A stretch of DNA of 64,000 nt from assembly GCA_038318895.1 (NCBI GenBank), contig JBBQCS010000005.1:14403-78402 (forward strand). The letters run 5' to 3'. Position 1 is the first letter of the stretch; every line of letters starts with the position of its first letter. Shown piece by piece: positions 1 through 8,632 of the stretch. Under the pieces are notes generated by a model. It was given only the letters and a program-made list of their open reading frames with translations, made no database searches and was not told the origin of the DNA. The stretch is from Alphaproteobacteria bacterium (GTDB taxonomy: Bacteria > Pseudomonadota > Alphaproteobacteria > UBA11222). The position numbers and the translations under genes were made by a program.

Positions 1-1
1 G

Positions 2-139
2 GTGATTGCGATCGCAGGCCTTGGAATCAAGACCAAACTGGGTGATTTCGTTAAAGTGGGCTGGCGGCCCGCCGCCCTGATCCTGGCCGAAACCCTGTTC
101 GTGATGCTTCTGGTGCTGACACTGCTTTTGACCGTCTGA
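2..139 (+). CDS. 3' end of YeiH-family putative sulfate exporter (partial, runs off window)
   Basis: Frame 2 reads VIAIAGLGIKTKLGDFVKVGWRPAALILAETLFVMLLVLTLLLTV*, resembling the YeiH C-terminus; stop TGA 137-139. Confidence 0.65.
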   Translation: MIAIAGLGIKTKLGDFVKVGWRPAALILAETLFVMLLVLTLLLTV

Positions 140-263
140 ACGGCAATAAAATTTTACGCGATGAGACCCGGCGCGCCCGGAGGCGCCGGTCTGGCCCTAA
201 ATTTTCCGCATATTTTCCTCAGAGATCAGGAAGAAACAGCACGACGTCGGCTTCATCTCACAA

Positions 264-1445
264 TCAGCGGAATCCAGGCGGCAATTCTCCGTTGAGGAGG
301 TAGTCGCCAAGCATGCTGGCGGCGTCGTCGACATTCAGCGTGGGGTGGTTCGCGGCTGCGAGAATGTCCCTGACCACCCGCTGCAGGGGGGTCGAGAGGA
401 AAATGCCCTTGGCGGACGTGGCCTTATAGAGAAGCAGGGCGGCCTCTTCCACATCTTTTCCCGCCTGTGCGCCGTCCAGCATATACCGTATGCGAAGGTC
501 CGATGGTACCAGTTCGCGGCGCGACACATATTGCGTCGCCTCCCGCATATCTTCCAGAAGACGCGCGCGCGCAGAGCGGATTTTGACGACAGCGTTACCC
601 AGCCTGTCTTTCACATTTGGATTGTTCTTCAGCACACGGCCACTCATTACCGACTGGCGCGTCTGCATCTCCTCGACGTAAAGATCGGCCGCGCCCTGGC
701 CAAAACCGATCATCACGGCGGCCCCCGCGAAGTAGAAGATCATGTTGAACGGGAAGAGGTACATATCCCCCCGGTCGGACATCTGATAGTCGACGATACT
801 GTGATGCCGGTAGTCGGGAACGAATGCATCCTTGACCACCAGACTGCGGCTGCCGGTGCCGCAAAGGCCGAACGTGTGCCAGTCGTCGTCAACCGTGTAG
901 TCCCTGCCGTCCACCAGGAACGAATGCATGTCCATTCCCCCACCGGGCGTTTCGATACGCGCGCCGATGATCGCCCAGTCCGCATGATCGCAACCGCTCG
1001 ACGTGCGCCAGGTGCCGTTCAGCACATAGCCGCCATCCACCTTCTTGGCCGTCCCCCAGGGGGCGTAGGACGACGAAACGGCGATGGTGTTGTCTTTTGC
1101 CCAGACGTCGTCACCGGCCTGCCTGGGGAAAAGTCCGAATTCCCACTGGTGAACACCGAGGATCATCATGTTCCAGGCGCTGCTGCAGCAGCCGCGCCCA
1201 AGTTCCATCAGCACCTTGTAAAAAACAACCGGGTTCATCTCCCAGCCGCCGAAATGGGTGGGCTGGACTATTTTGAAGAATCCGGCTTTTTTGAACTCTT
1301 CAATCGTCGCGTCAGGTACGGCTCTGTTCTTCTCGACCTCCTCCGCGCGCGACCTTAACATTGGCACGAGCGCGCGTGCGCGCTCGACGAGTTCCGCTTC
1401 CGTGGGGACCGCCCCATCCTGATTTACGTCAATCGTCGCGCTCAC
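264..1445 (-). CDS. Flavin-dependent monooxygenase oxygenase component (HsaA/HpaH-like, acyl-CoA dehydrogenase fold)
   Basis: ORF 264..1517; ELVERARALVP, SSGCDHADW, WHTFGLCGTGS motifs; GTG at 1445 with an AAGGAAA RBS chosen as start. Confidence 0.85.
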   Translation of the reverse strand: MSATIDVNQDGAVPTEAELVERARALVPMLRSRAEEVEKNRAVPDATIEEFKKAGFFKIVQPTHFGGWEMNPVVFYKVLMELGRGCCSSAWNMMILGVHQWEFGLFPRQAGDDVWAKDNTIAVSSSYAPWGTAKKVDGGYVLNGTWRTSSGCDHADWAIIGARIETPGGGMDMHSFLVDGRDYTVDDDWHTFGLCGTGSRSLVVKDAFVPDYRHHSIVDYQMSDRGDMYLFPFNMIFYFAGAAVMIGFGQGAADLYVEEMQTRQSVMSGRVLKNNPNVKDRLGNAVVKIRSARARLLEDMREATQYVSRRELVPSDLRIRYMLDGAQAGKDVEEAALLLYKATSAKGIFLSTPLQRVVRDILAAANHPTLNVDDAASMLGDYLLNGELPPGFR

Positions 1446-1550
1446 TATTTTTTCCTTTCGCACGTACCGGCCACGGGCAGTCGGGAAGATTGTCACATTA
1501 ACTAACCGCGTCTTCAACTATCCGCCAAAGCCCATCACCTGGACGGCCTG

Positions 1551-2555
1551 TTACACCAGCTTCGGCAGTACGTCCTTCGTGAACCTCAAGAACGTGTCAT
1601 GGCTCATTGGCGCGAGCATCAGATAGTTCATGGGAATCTCGGCCTCCAGTTGCTTGAGGCGGTCCACCACTTCGGGCGCCGTCCCGACAATTGCAACGTC
1701 TTTGAGATAACGCTCGACCGGATCCACCTTTGTGTCAATTAAAACGTCTGCGGACGATGATCTGAGATGCGCTGTCTTGTCCGCGTTTGCGTAGGCGCCG
1801 ACGGTCCACCCGGAACTTGCCCGCGCAACCTTCTCCGCCTCCGCACGGGTTTCTCCCAGCGCGACGTAACGCACGATTGGCAGATCGCGATCGCCAACCG
1901 CATGGCCGTTCGCTTCCATTACTTCCTGATAGAGCTCCCGCTTGTATTTGCAATCGGCGTTTGAGGCGTGCGGACCCAGCATGATGGTGTACCCGTCGGC
2001 CCCGGCTTTGCGGATGGAATCGGGCGAATCCGCGGCCAGATATACGGGGGGATGTGGGTCTTGGTACGGCCTCGGGAGCACGAGCACATTGTCGTAGTCA
2101 TAGTATTTCCCGTGGTGGGAGAAGCGCTCGTTTTTCCAGGCTTTCTCAACGATTGTCGCTGTTTCGCGAAAACGGTCATACACGTCGTCGGCGGTAACGC
2201 CAAACAGCTTGAACTCGACCGGGTCGAAGCCCCGGCCCGATCCCCAATTGAGGCGACCCTTGGAAAAAATATCCAGCATACTGAGTTCTTCAGTCAGCCT
2301 AAGGGGGTGGTAGTACGCATTGAGTGTGACCGCGGTGCCGATACGCAGTCGCTTTGTCCGCCCCGCAATGTGTGTCCCCATCAGCGTCACAGACGGGCAG
2401 ACGCTGTAATCCGTAAAGTGATGTTCCGCGAGCCAGATGCAATCGAACGCGCTGTCTTCCATGCGGTCCACCCGGTCCATCGCGCGGTCGTACACGGTCG
2501 TTACGGGACCCCGTCCCGTCCAGGAGAAAAACTGTAATAATCCAACTTTCATCAT
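1551..2555 (-). CDS. LLM-class (luciferase-like) flavin-dependent oxidoreductase
   Basis: WLAEHHF, RLRIGTAV, GRLNWGSGRG motifs; start at MMKVG. Confidence 0.9.
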   Translation of the reverse strand: MMKVGLLQFFSWTGRGPVTTVYDRAMDRVDRMEDSAFDCIWLAEHHFTDYSVCPSVTLMGTHIAGRTKRLRIGTAVTLNAYYHPLRLTEELSMLDIFSKGRLNWGSGRGFDPVEFKLFGVTADDVYDRFRETATIVEKAWKNERFSHHGKYYDYDNVLVLPRPYQDPHPPVYLAADSPDSIRKAGADGYTIMLGPHASNADCKYKRELYQEVMEANGHAVGDRDLPIVRYVALGETRAEAEKVARASSGWTVGAYANADKTAHLRSSSADVLIDTKVDPVERYLKDVAIVGTAPEVVDRLKQLEAEIPMNYLMLAPMSHDTFLRFTKDVLPKLV

Positions 2556-2682
2556 AATCTCCAATTGCGTATTTATTGCTACTTTACACTTCGTCGTGGG
2601 AACACGCACGGAGAATGTGTTGTTACACTGGCGCGCTGAGTTTGAAGGTCACGGATGTGCCGACCGAGCATGGGCGCTCCAA

Positions 2683-3447
2683 TTAGAACGTTTCTGCCCA
2701 CGGACGCAGGTCGAGTTCCAGGGTCCAGGCGCTGCGGTGCTGGACGTGCATTGCCCAATAGGCGTCCGCAATCGCGTCGACATCAAGCATTCCGTCGGGA
2801 CCGCGCTGATCTTTCAGGTCCGGTAAGCGGCTATTCAGACGGTCGCCGTCGATAGCGCCGTCGATCACTATATGGCCTACATGAATGTTCTGCGGGCCAT
2901 ACTCGCGCGCTATACTCTGCGCGAGGTTGCGCACGGCTGCCTTTGCCGCGGCGAAGGGCGCGAAATTCGCCTTGCCGCGCAGGCTTCCCGAAGCGCCCGT
3001 AAAGAACAGCGAACCGCCGCCATTTTCGAGCAGCTTGGGGATCGCAGCTTGCGCGAGCAGAAAGCCGCCGAGCGCATGTTCGCGCCAATGGCGGGTGAAG
3101 CGTTCCTCGCTGACTTTCAGGAAAGGTGCGGGCTCATTGCCGCCCGCATTGTGAACCGCCACGGCAAGTGGCGCCAGCGTCTGCGCCATATCAACGAAAC
3201 GCTGTACATCGGCGGCAAGCGTCGAGTCGCCGACGGCCACAACGGCGTTCGCGCCGGCATCCTTTAACTCCTTCGCTGTCGCATTCAGCTTATCCGCACT
3301 ACGGCCAGCGAGGACGACTGGAAAGCCTTCCCGGCAAAACCGCCGGGCGATGCCGGCACCGAGGCCCTGGCTCGCACCCACGCCTGAAATCAGCACACTG
3401 CCTTTGCGGGGTTCAAAATCCGGTATGTCAGATCTCCCTGTTCGCAT
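2683..3447 (-). CDS. SDR family oxidoreductase
   Basis: GVGASQGLG Rossmann motif, HNAG, FAAAK catalytic-type motif. Confidence 0.9.
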   Translation of the reverse strand: MRTGRSDIPDFEPRKGSVLISGVGASQGLGAGIARRFCREGFPVVLAGRSADKLNATAKELKDAGANAVVAVGDSTLAADVQRFVDMAQTLAPLAVAVHNAGGNEPAPFLKVSEERFTRHWREHALGGFLLAQAAIPKLLENGGGSLFFTGASGSLRGKANFAPFAAAKAAVRNLAQSIAREYGPQNIHVGHIVIDGAIDGDRLNSRLPDLKDQRGPDGMLDVDAIADAYWAMHVQHRSAWTLELDLRPWAETF

Positions 3448-3560
3448 TCGACGCCATTATTATTCTGGACTTTACAATGCTGATTTACAAACGCCAAATG
3501 GTACGGCCGCAATGGGTGTTGAGGCCTGTGATCGCGCGCAAAACTTTAGAGGAAACCACC

Positions 3561-4328
3561 ATGACTGTACGTCTCTTCGCCATGACCTGCGGTTGGCTGA
3601 CCATGCCTGCCAAATTCATTCTCGACAAAATGGCTGGCGAATTGCGTCTGCCGATACCTGGCTATCTGATCGTGCATCCTAATGGCAAGGCGGTATTCGA
3701 TAGCGGCCTGCATACCAGCCTGCAAACCGGTTCGACGGAGAGGCTGGGCTCTATGGCCTCTATCGCCAAGGTTGAATTCAAGCCCGGCGAGGAATTGCGC
3801 GGCCGTTTGGCGACGCTGGACGTTGCGCCGGAGGATATTACTTATCTGATCAATTCGCATCTGCATTTTGATCATGCTGGCGGCAATGACCAGGTGCCTA
3901 ACGCCCGGATGGTCGTCCAGAAGCCGGAATGGGAAGCGGCGATGGACCCGGATCTGGCCCACAAAAATGGGTTCGACAAACGCGATTTTGATCTTGGACA
4001 GGATGTTCAACAGATAAGTGGTGAACATGATCTCTTCGGCGACGGCAGCGTGACGCTGTTTCCGACCTATGGACACACGCCAGGCCATCAGTCGATGAAG
4101 ATCAAATTAGCGCGCGGGGACGTGGTTCTGACCGGCGATGCGTGTTATATGCGCAAGACGTTGGATGACCTGCATCTGCCACACCGTAATTTTCAGCATG
4201 ACCGGGAAGGCATGCTTGCCAGCCTGCAAAAATTTCGCGACCTGCAAAAGCGCGGCGCGCGGATTTTTTATGGGCATGATCCAGAGCACTGGGCAAACGT
4301 GCCGCAAGCCCCGCTGGAGGTTGTGTGA
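3561..4328 (+). CDS. Metallo-beta-lactamase-fold lactonase (AiiA/N-acyl homoserine lactonase family)
   Basis: SHLHFDHAG (HxHxDH), GHTPGH, GDACY, GHD motifs; ATG 3561 after GAGGA RBS. Confidence 0.85.
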   Translation: MTVRLFAMTCGWLTMPAKFILDKMAGELRLPIPGYLIVHPNGKAVFDSGLHTSLQTGSTERLGSMASIAKVEFKPGEELRGRLATLDVAPEDITYLINSHLHFDHAGGNDQVPNARMVVQKPEWEAAMDPDLAHKNGFDKRDFDLGQDVQQISGEHDLFGDGSVTLFPTYGHTPGHQSMKIKLARGDVVLTGDACYMRKTLDDLHLPHRNFQHDREGMLASLQKFRDLQKRGARIFYGHDPEHWANVPQAPLEVV

Positions 4329-4344
4329 ACCGTCAGGATAAATA

Positions 4345-5793
4345 TCAAAAATCCCAACTGCGATTAAACATGAACTGACCGCGGAAATTATCATACTGAT
4401 AATTTGGTAGGTTCGAGTTCGAGTCCCTGTAACCCGCCGTGAGGTTAAGCACAATCTCCCGCAATGGGGCTGGTCCCGCAGGATTTTCACTTGCAAGGCC
4501 GAAAATGGTGCCGACGGGAACGCCATAGGTCAGATCAACCTCCAGATCCAGATCCTTGCGCGTTCTCGCCGAGACGAAGGGGTCGTTGCCGTCGTAATAT
4601 TGTCTTTCGACCGAAACGCTTGCCAGCAGAAACGTCCCACGCGGTAATATTTTTGTCAGATTGGCGGAAACATCGAACCCGTCATACCCTTCATAGGGGA
4701 GATCGGCGTCGACACTGTTAAACGCCACGGCCATCCGGACGGCCGTTTTTGCGTCGATCAGACGCTCGCCCCCTATTTCCACACGCTGATAGTTGCTGTC
4801 CTGCTCGCTCGAGAACGGCAGACTAGAGGTGTTGTTATAGTTTCGCCACCCGGCAGTAACCTCGACATATCCTTTGACTTTCGACTGCAGGATGGGCCGC
4901 TGGCCACGCAGTGAGACGCCATAGTCCTGGGAGAACTTCTTATGGTCAAGTTCAACCCAGCTTGCATGCACCCGGGGAACAAGATCGCCATAAACTGTTT
5001 TGTACAAAAAGCCGGCATTCAGCAGCAGCGCATTCGCATCAAGCGCATCCACCTCGACCTGGTCATCATACAGCGCTGCCACATCGGCAAATACCTGCTG
5101 CAGTTTCTGGTTACCGGTGTCTTTGACAATCTGTGCGGATCCGATGGCGATACGACCCCAATCGTCAATCTCTCCCGAAGGGAGAACGAACGGAATGTCC
5201 CGCACCAGAAATTTATTGTCATCCGGGAACGCGTTGCGGTTACTGTCATAATGCATGCCGATACTGATCGCAGCGCGGCGTTTAAGAGGATTAAGGCGTT
5301 GCTTTATCAAACTGCGATAGCGGCCAATTTCTGCCTGAACGGCGCCTGATGGCTTGTGCATTTCAAGAATATCAAGTTGCACGGATGCTTCATCCAGTAC
5401 GTCCATGCGATACAATAAAATGGCGTACAATAACCGGACGTCGTCTGCTTCCGGGTATTGCAGAAGAATACGTTCGGTGGTTGCCGCCGCCAGCTGGATA
5501 TTACCCTTGGCGATCAGGTCTCTGACGTAACGCAGATTAAGCGTCGGGTCATCCGGGGAAGCCAGGACGTCGTCATAGCTGACATCGGGCAATCCTGCGG
5601 CCTGTTCGGTCAGGCTCCGCGATGTGGTGGTGCGAGACACTTGTTCCCGGGTTTCACTGCGCACGCCTTCGGCCGCCTCCTGGGGATCACCCTGCGCGTA
5701 CGCCTGTCCATGGAACACCAACAAACCTGCAATAACCGCCGTCAATCCAGACAATCTCGCAAACTGTCCGGTGATTCTGAGTTTTTGGTACAC
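4345..5793 (-). CDS. TPR + outer-membrane beta-barrel protein, DUF560/Slam-like
   Basis: Signal peptide (AYA|Q), helical TPR-like region, YDSNRN at barrel start, alternating beta-strands, C-terminal aromatic (RSWDF); GTG 5793 after AGGGGG. Confidence 0.7.
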   Translation of the reverse strand: MYQKLRITGQFARLSGLTAVIAGLLVFHGQAYAQGDPQEAAEGVRSETREQVSRTTTSRSLTEQAAGLPDVSYDDVLASPDDPTLNLRYVRDLIAKGNIQLAAATTERILLQYPEADDVRLLYAILLYRMDVLDEASVQLDILEMHKPSGAVQAEIGRYRSLIKQRLNPLKRRAAISIGMHYDSNRNAFPDDNKFLVRDIPFVLPSGEIDDWGRIAIGSAQIVKDTGNQKLQQVFADVAALYDDQVEVDALDANALLLNAGFLYKTVYGDLVPRVHASWVELDHKKFSQDYGVSLRGQRPILQSKVKGYVEVTAGWRNYNNTSSLPFSSEQDSNYQRVEIGGERLIDAKTAVRMAVAFNSVDADLPYEGYDGFDVSANLTKILPRGTFLLASVSVERQYYDGNDPFVSARTRKDLDLEVDLTYGVPVGTIFGLASENPAGPAPLREIVLNLTAGYRDSNSNLPNYQYDNFRGQFMFNRSWDF

Positions 5794-6038
5794 GTGTACC
5801 CCCCTGCTGATAGACCGGTAAATATTCCAATGGGCTAGTAAGCTACTAGAAAGAATCACTTACTAACCTCCACACAATCGCATAAAAACTAAGCTCGCAG
5901 AATGCAATATGATCATATATTGCGGCATAAATGCTGTTTATGCCTTTCAATGGATAGCCAAGCAACAACAATATAGTCTGTAAATATGTGGTAAATACCT
6001 GTTAGGTAGGGTGGTCGGATACGTTGAGGAGAATCGAT

Positions 6039-7727
6039 ATGCCTAGAATCGGGACAATGAATGCTCGCCGCAAGGTTGCTTTAGACATGATGGGCGGTTG
6101 CGCCATTGCGTTACTGGGGCTGGCGGTTGTCACCGGGCCAGCACTGGCTGCACAGCAGGCCGGTGTTGCCGCAGCGGTTATTGGCAATCTGCGTGTTTCG
6201 GAAGGTGAACGTCCGGCGCCCAAGGCGGTAAGATCCGGTATGGATATGCTGTTGGGGGACCGGGTGAATAGTGCGGCTGCCTCGCGGATGCAGGTCCTGC
6301 TGCTGGATGAAACCGTGTTCACCATCGGGCCGGACAGTGATCTGGTGATTGACGAATTTGTATATGATCCTACGTCACAAACCGGCCGCCTGACCGCAAA
6401 CTTCACCAAAGGGGTGCTGCGCTATGTTTCGGGCAAGGTAGCGCAGGCCAATGCATCTGCGGTCACCATTAAGTCCCGCGACGCCACCATCGGGGTGCGC
6501 GGAACGGCATTGTTCATTATTGATGATCCTGAGGCGGGCGACGGCGCCCAGTTTATCGGCCTGCTCGGACCTGGAGGGCGCAATGACGCCGGCTTAAAGA
6601 TTGGCGGTATGACGGTAACGACCCCGCTGGGCAGTGCGGACGTATTTCGCGCAGGCTTCGGAACCTTCGTTTCGCCAGGGCAGGCCCCGGGGCCCGTTAT
6701 CCAGACACCGCCACGTCTCACGCTGCTACTGCAAAACCAATTAACGGCGCCAGTGCCGACAACGGATGTTGCCGCGAGTAGTGAAGAGGCTGGCGGCGGG
6801 ACGTCTGAAAGTGCACCCGTGGTAACTAATGCGGCTGAAACGTCGGGTTCAAAGACGGTTCAGACCCGGGTGAGTTCACTGGCCGTTGCAGCGGTGCTGG
6901 CCGATCTCGGCGTCGTAACTGGCAACTCGCTGCAAGCAGAAGAAGCAGGCGCAGGCACCAGTGATTCACCCCGGATCTCCCGGGATACAACTTCGCCCCC
7001 ACCGCCGCCTGCTACCACGGCGCCCCCACCACCGGCTACTACGGTGCCACCGCCGCCGCCACCCACTACTACGGTGCCACCGCCGCCACCGCCACCGCCT
7101 ACTACTACGGTGCCGCCACCGCCGCCGCCGCCGCCGCCGACCGGGTCGACAGCCATCGAAAATGTGACTCAGGTGGCGCAGAACAACGCGACCGGCGCTT
7201 TGCCGTTCAACGTCGCCATCCCCTTCGCTGCGGAAATGACATGGTCATCCGTGGCCGATATCGATTTGCATATGACCGGCAATGACGCGTCTGGGCGGTT
7301 TCATATCAATTTCTCCAACCAAGGCAGTTTCACTGGCTCCCCCTTTGCGCAGCTGGATGAAGACCAAACTGGCATTGGCGGGTCCGAGGTTATTGGCATT
7401 TCGCAATTTACCCCCGGTGCGCCGTACCGGGTTGGAGTATTTGATTTTGGAGCTGGCAGCGCAGGTGCGGGTACATCGGGTCTGGCCGATAACGCAAATG
7501 TCCGTTTGCGATATATAAGGAACGGGCAGATTTCCCGTGGGCCGGGCGGCAGCACTATTGTTAATGGTACGGTGCTCGCAACGGTTAGCCCGACATTGGG
7601 ACGGGTCGGAAATACCTGGGTCGGGTTGGAGCTAGATCCTGCAACGGGCGTATCCAAGGTGATCGATCACTTTGGCGATAGCCTTTCGACGGATGGCGTT
7701 GCCGCGGTATTTGACGCTCTGCCATAG
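6039..7727 (+). CDS. Secreted FecR-domain protein with Pro-rich linker and YfaP/DUF2135-like C-terminal domain
   Basis: Signal peptide (ALA|A); FecR-type motifs GDRV, DETVFTIGPDSDLVID, TIGVRGT; EMTWSSVADIDLH...LDED...GGSEVI...YRVGV; ATG 6039 after GAGGAG. Confidence 0.75.
   Translation: MPRIGTMNARRKVALDMMGGCAIALLGLAVVTGPALAAQQAGVAAAVIGNLRVSEGERPAPKAVRSGMDMLLGDRVNSAAASRMQVLLLDETVFTIGPDSDLVIDEFVYDPTSQTGRLTANFTKGVLRYVSGKVAQANASAVTIKSRDATIGVRGTALFIIDDPEAGDGAQFIGLLGPGGRNDAGLKIGGMTVTTPLGSADVFRAGFGTFVSPGQAPGPVIQTPPRLTLLLQNQLTAPVPTTDVAASSEEAGGGTSESAPVVTNAAETSGSKTVQTRVSSLAVAAVLADLGVVTGNSLQAEEAGAGTSDSPRISRDTTSPPPPPATTAPPPPATTVPPPPPPTTTVPPPPPPPPTTTVPPPPPPPPPTGSTAIENVTQVAQNNATGALPFNVAIPFAAEMTWSSVADIDLHMTGNDASGRFHINFSNQGSFTGSPFAQLDEDQTGIGGSEVIGISQFTPGAPYRVGVFDFGAGSAGAGTSGLADNANVRLRYIRNGQISRGPGGSTIVNGTVLATVSPTLGRVGNTWVGLELDPATGVSKVIDHFGDSLSTDGVAAVFDALP
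6996..7139 (+). repeat. Imperfect tandem repeat encoding (T2-3 V/A Pn) polyproline linker
   Basis: ACTACGGTGCC occurs three times among CCG/CCA runs; peptide PPPPPATTAPPPPATTVPPPPPPTTTVPPPPPPPPTTTVPPPPPPPPP. Confidence 0.9.
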
Positions 7728-7909
7728 CCACCGCCAACTCCGTAAGCCGGCGCGGGCGGCTACTGGTCAGCTAAAGAGTAAGGCCGAGCGCGTATTCTCA
7801 TGAAGTTTGCGCTTGGTTTGCCGCCCATGCGAATTTTTGAGCGTTATACGGGTAGTTGACATTCACGCTCGGGGTTGTGTTAGCGCTCGCGCAAGGGCAA
7901 AATCACACA

Positions 7910-8581
7910 ATGATCGATAAGCTTACCGGGACGGCATCATCAGTATCTGAAATGACTAAAAATGGTTCCGGCAAACGCGCCCAGACAAAGAAAGCCAATC
8001 GCGCCGCTATTTTACAGGCAGCACGGGCCCTGTTCGGCGAGTTAGGTTATAGCGAGACGACGGTGCGCGATATTATTGGCCGCACCAGTCTGGCCAGCGG
8101 TACATTCTACAATTATTTCAGCGGCAAAGAGGAAATTTTCAAGGCGCTGCGCGATGAGACGGCGCAACAGGTGCGGCCGCGTTTGCGCGATGAACGTATA
8201 CGCGCCACGTCTTTCGTGGATTTCATTCACCGCACCTTCCGTTCCTTTTTCGAGATTATGGACGCCAATCGCGATCTTTACAGCATCATCCGGCGCAATA
8301 GCGGGCTGTTGCGCCTGCAACAGGACACGCCGGAAATTATTGCGGGCTTTGATGAGTTGCGCGATGACGTGGAAGACGCGATCCGGCGCGGTTTGCTGCC
8401 GTCAATTGATATCGATTATTTTGTCTCGGCCATTATCGGGGTGGCGCTCGAGGTTGGCGACGCCATGATCCAGCGCATACCTGTAGACGTCGAAGCCGCA
8501 GCGCGCTTCGCATCGCAGTTGTTTACCGGCGGCATCCCCGCGTTGCCAACGGTGGAACCCGGCACAGCACGTAAGGCGTAA
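7910..8581 (+). CDS. TetR/AcrR family transcriptional regulator
   Basis: AILQAARALFGELGYSETTVRDII...GTFYNYF HTH; start uncertain (7856/7910/7952). Confidence 0.9.
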   Translation: MIDKLTGTASSVSEMTKNGSGKRAQTKKANRAAILQAARALFGELGYSETTVRDIIGRTSLASGTFYNYFSGKEEIFKALRDETAQQVRPRLRDERIRATSFVDFIHRTFRSFFEIMDANRDLYSIIRRNSGLLRLQQDTPEIIAGFDELRDDVEDAIRRGLLPSIDIDYFVSAIIGVALEVGDAMIQRIPVDVEAAARFASQLFTGGIPALPTVEPGTARKA

Positions 8582-8582
8582 A

Positions 8583-8612
8583 AAAAGGCCGCACCCTTCC
8601 GTGCGGCCTTTT
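8583..8612. terminator. Bidirectional intrinsic terminator
   Basis: AAAAGGCCGCAC-CCTTCC-GTGCGGCCTTTT between convergent genes. Confidence 0.85.
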
Positions 8613-8632
8613 CTCGATTATCCGTGGCCAGA

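Noticed and set aside
3126-3560. 145-aa N-terminal extension of the lactonase ORF
   Set aside because: Overlaps the divergent SDR gene; the RBS supports ATG 3561
6996-7139. CRISPR-like array
   Set aside because: In-frame polyproline coding repeat without unique spacers; no cas genes
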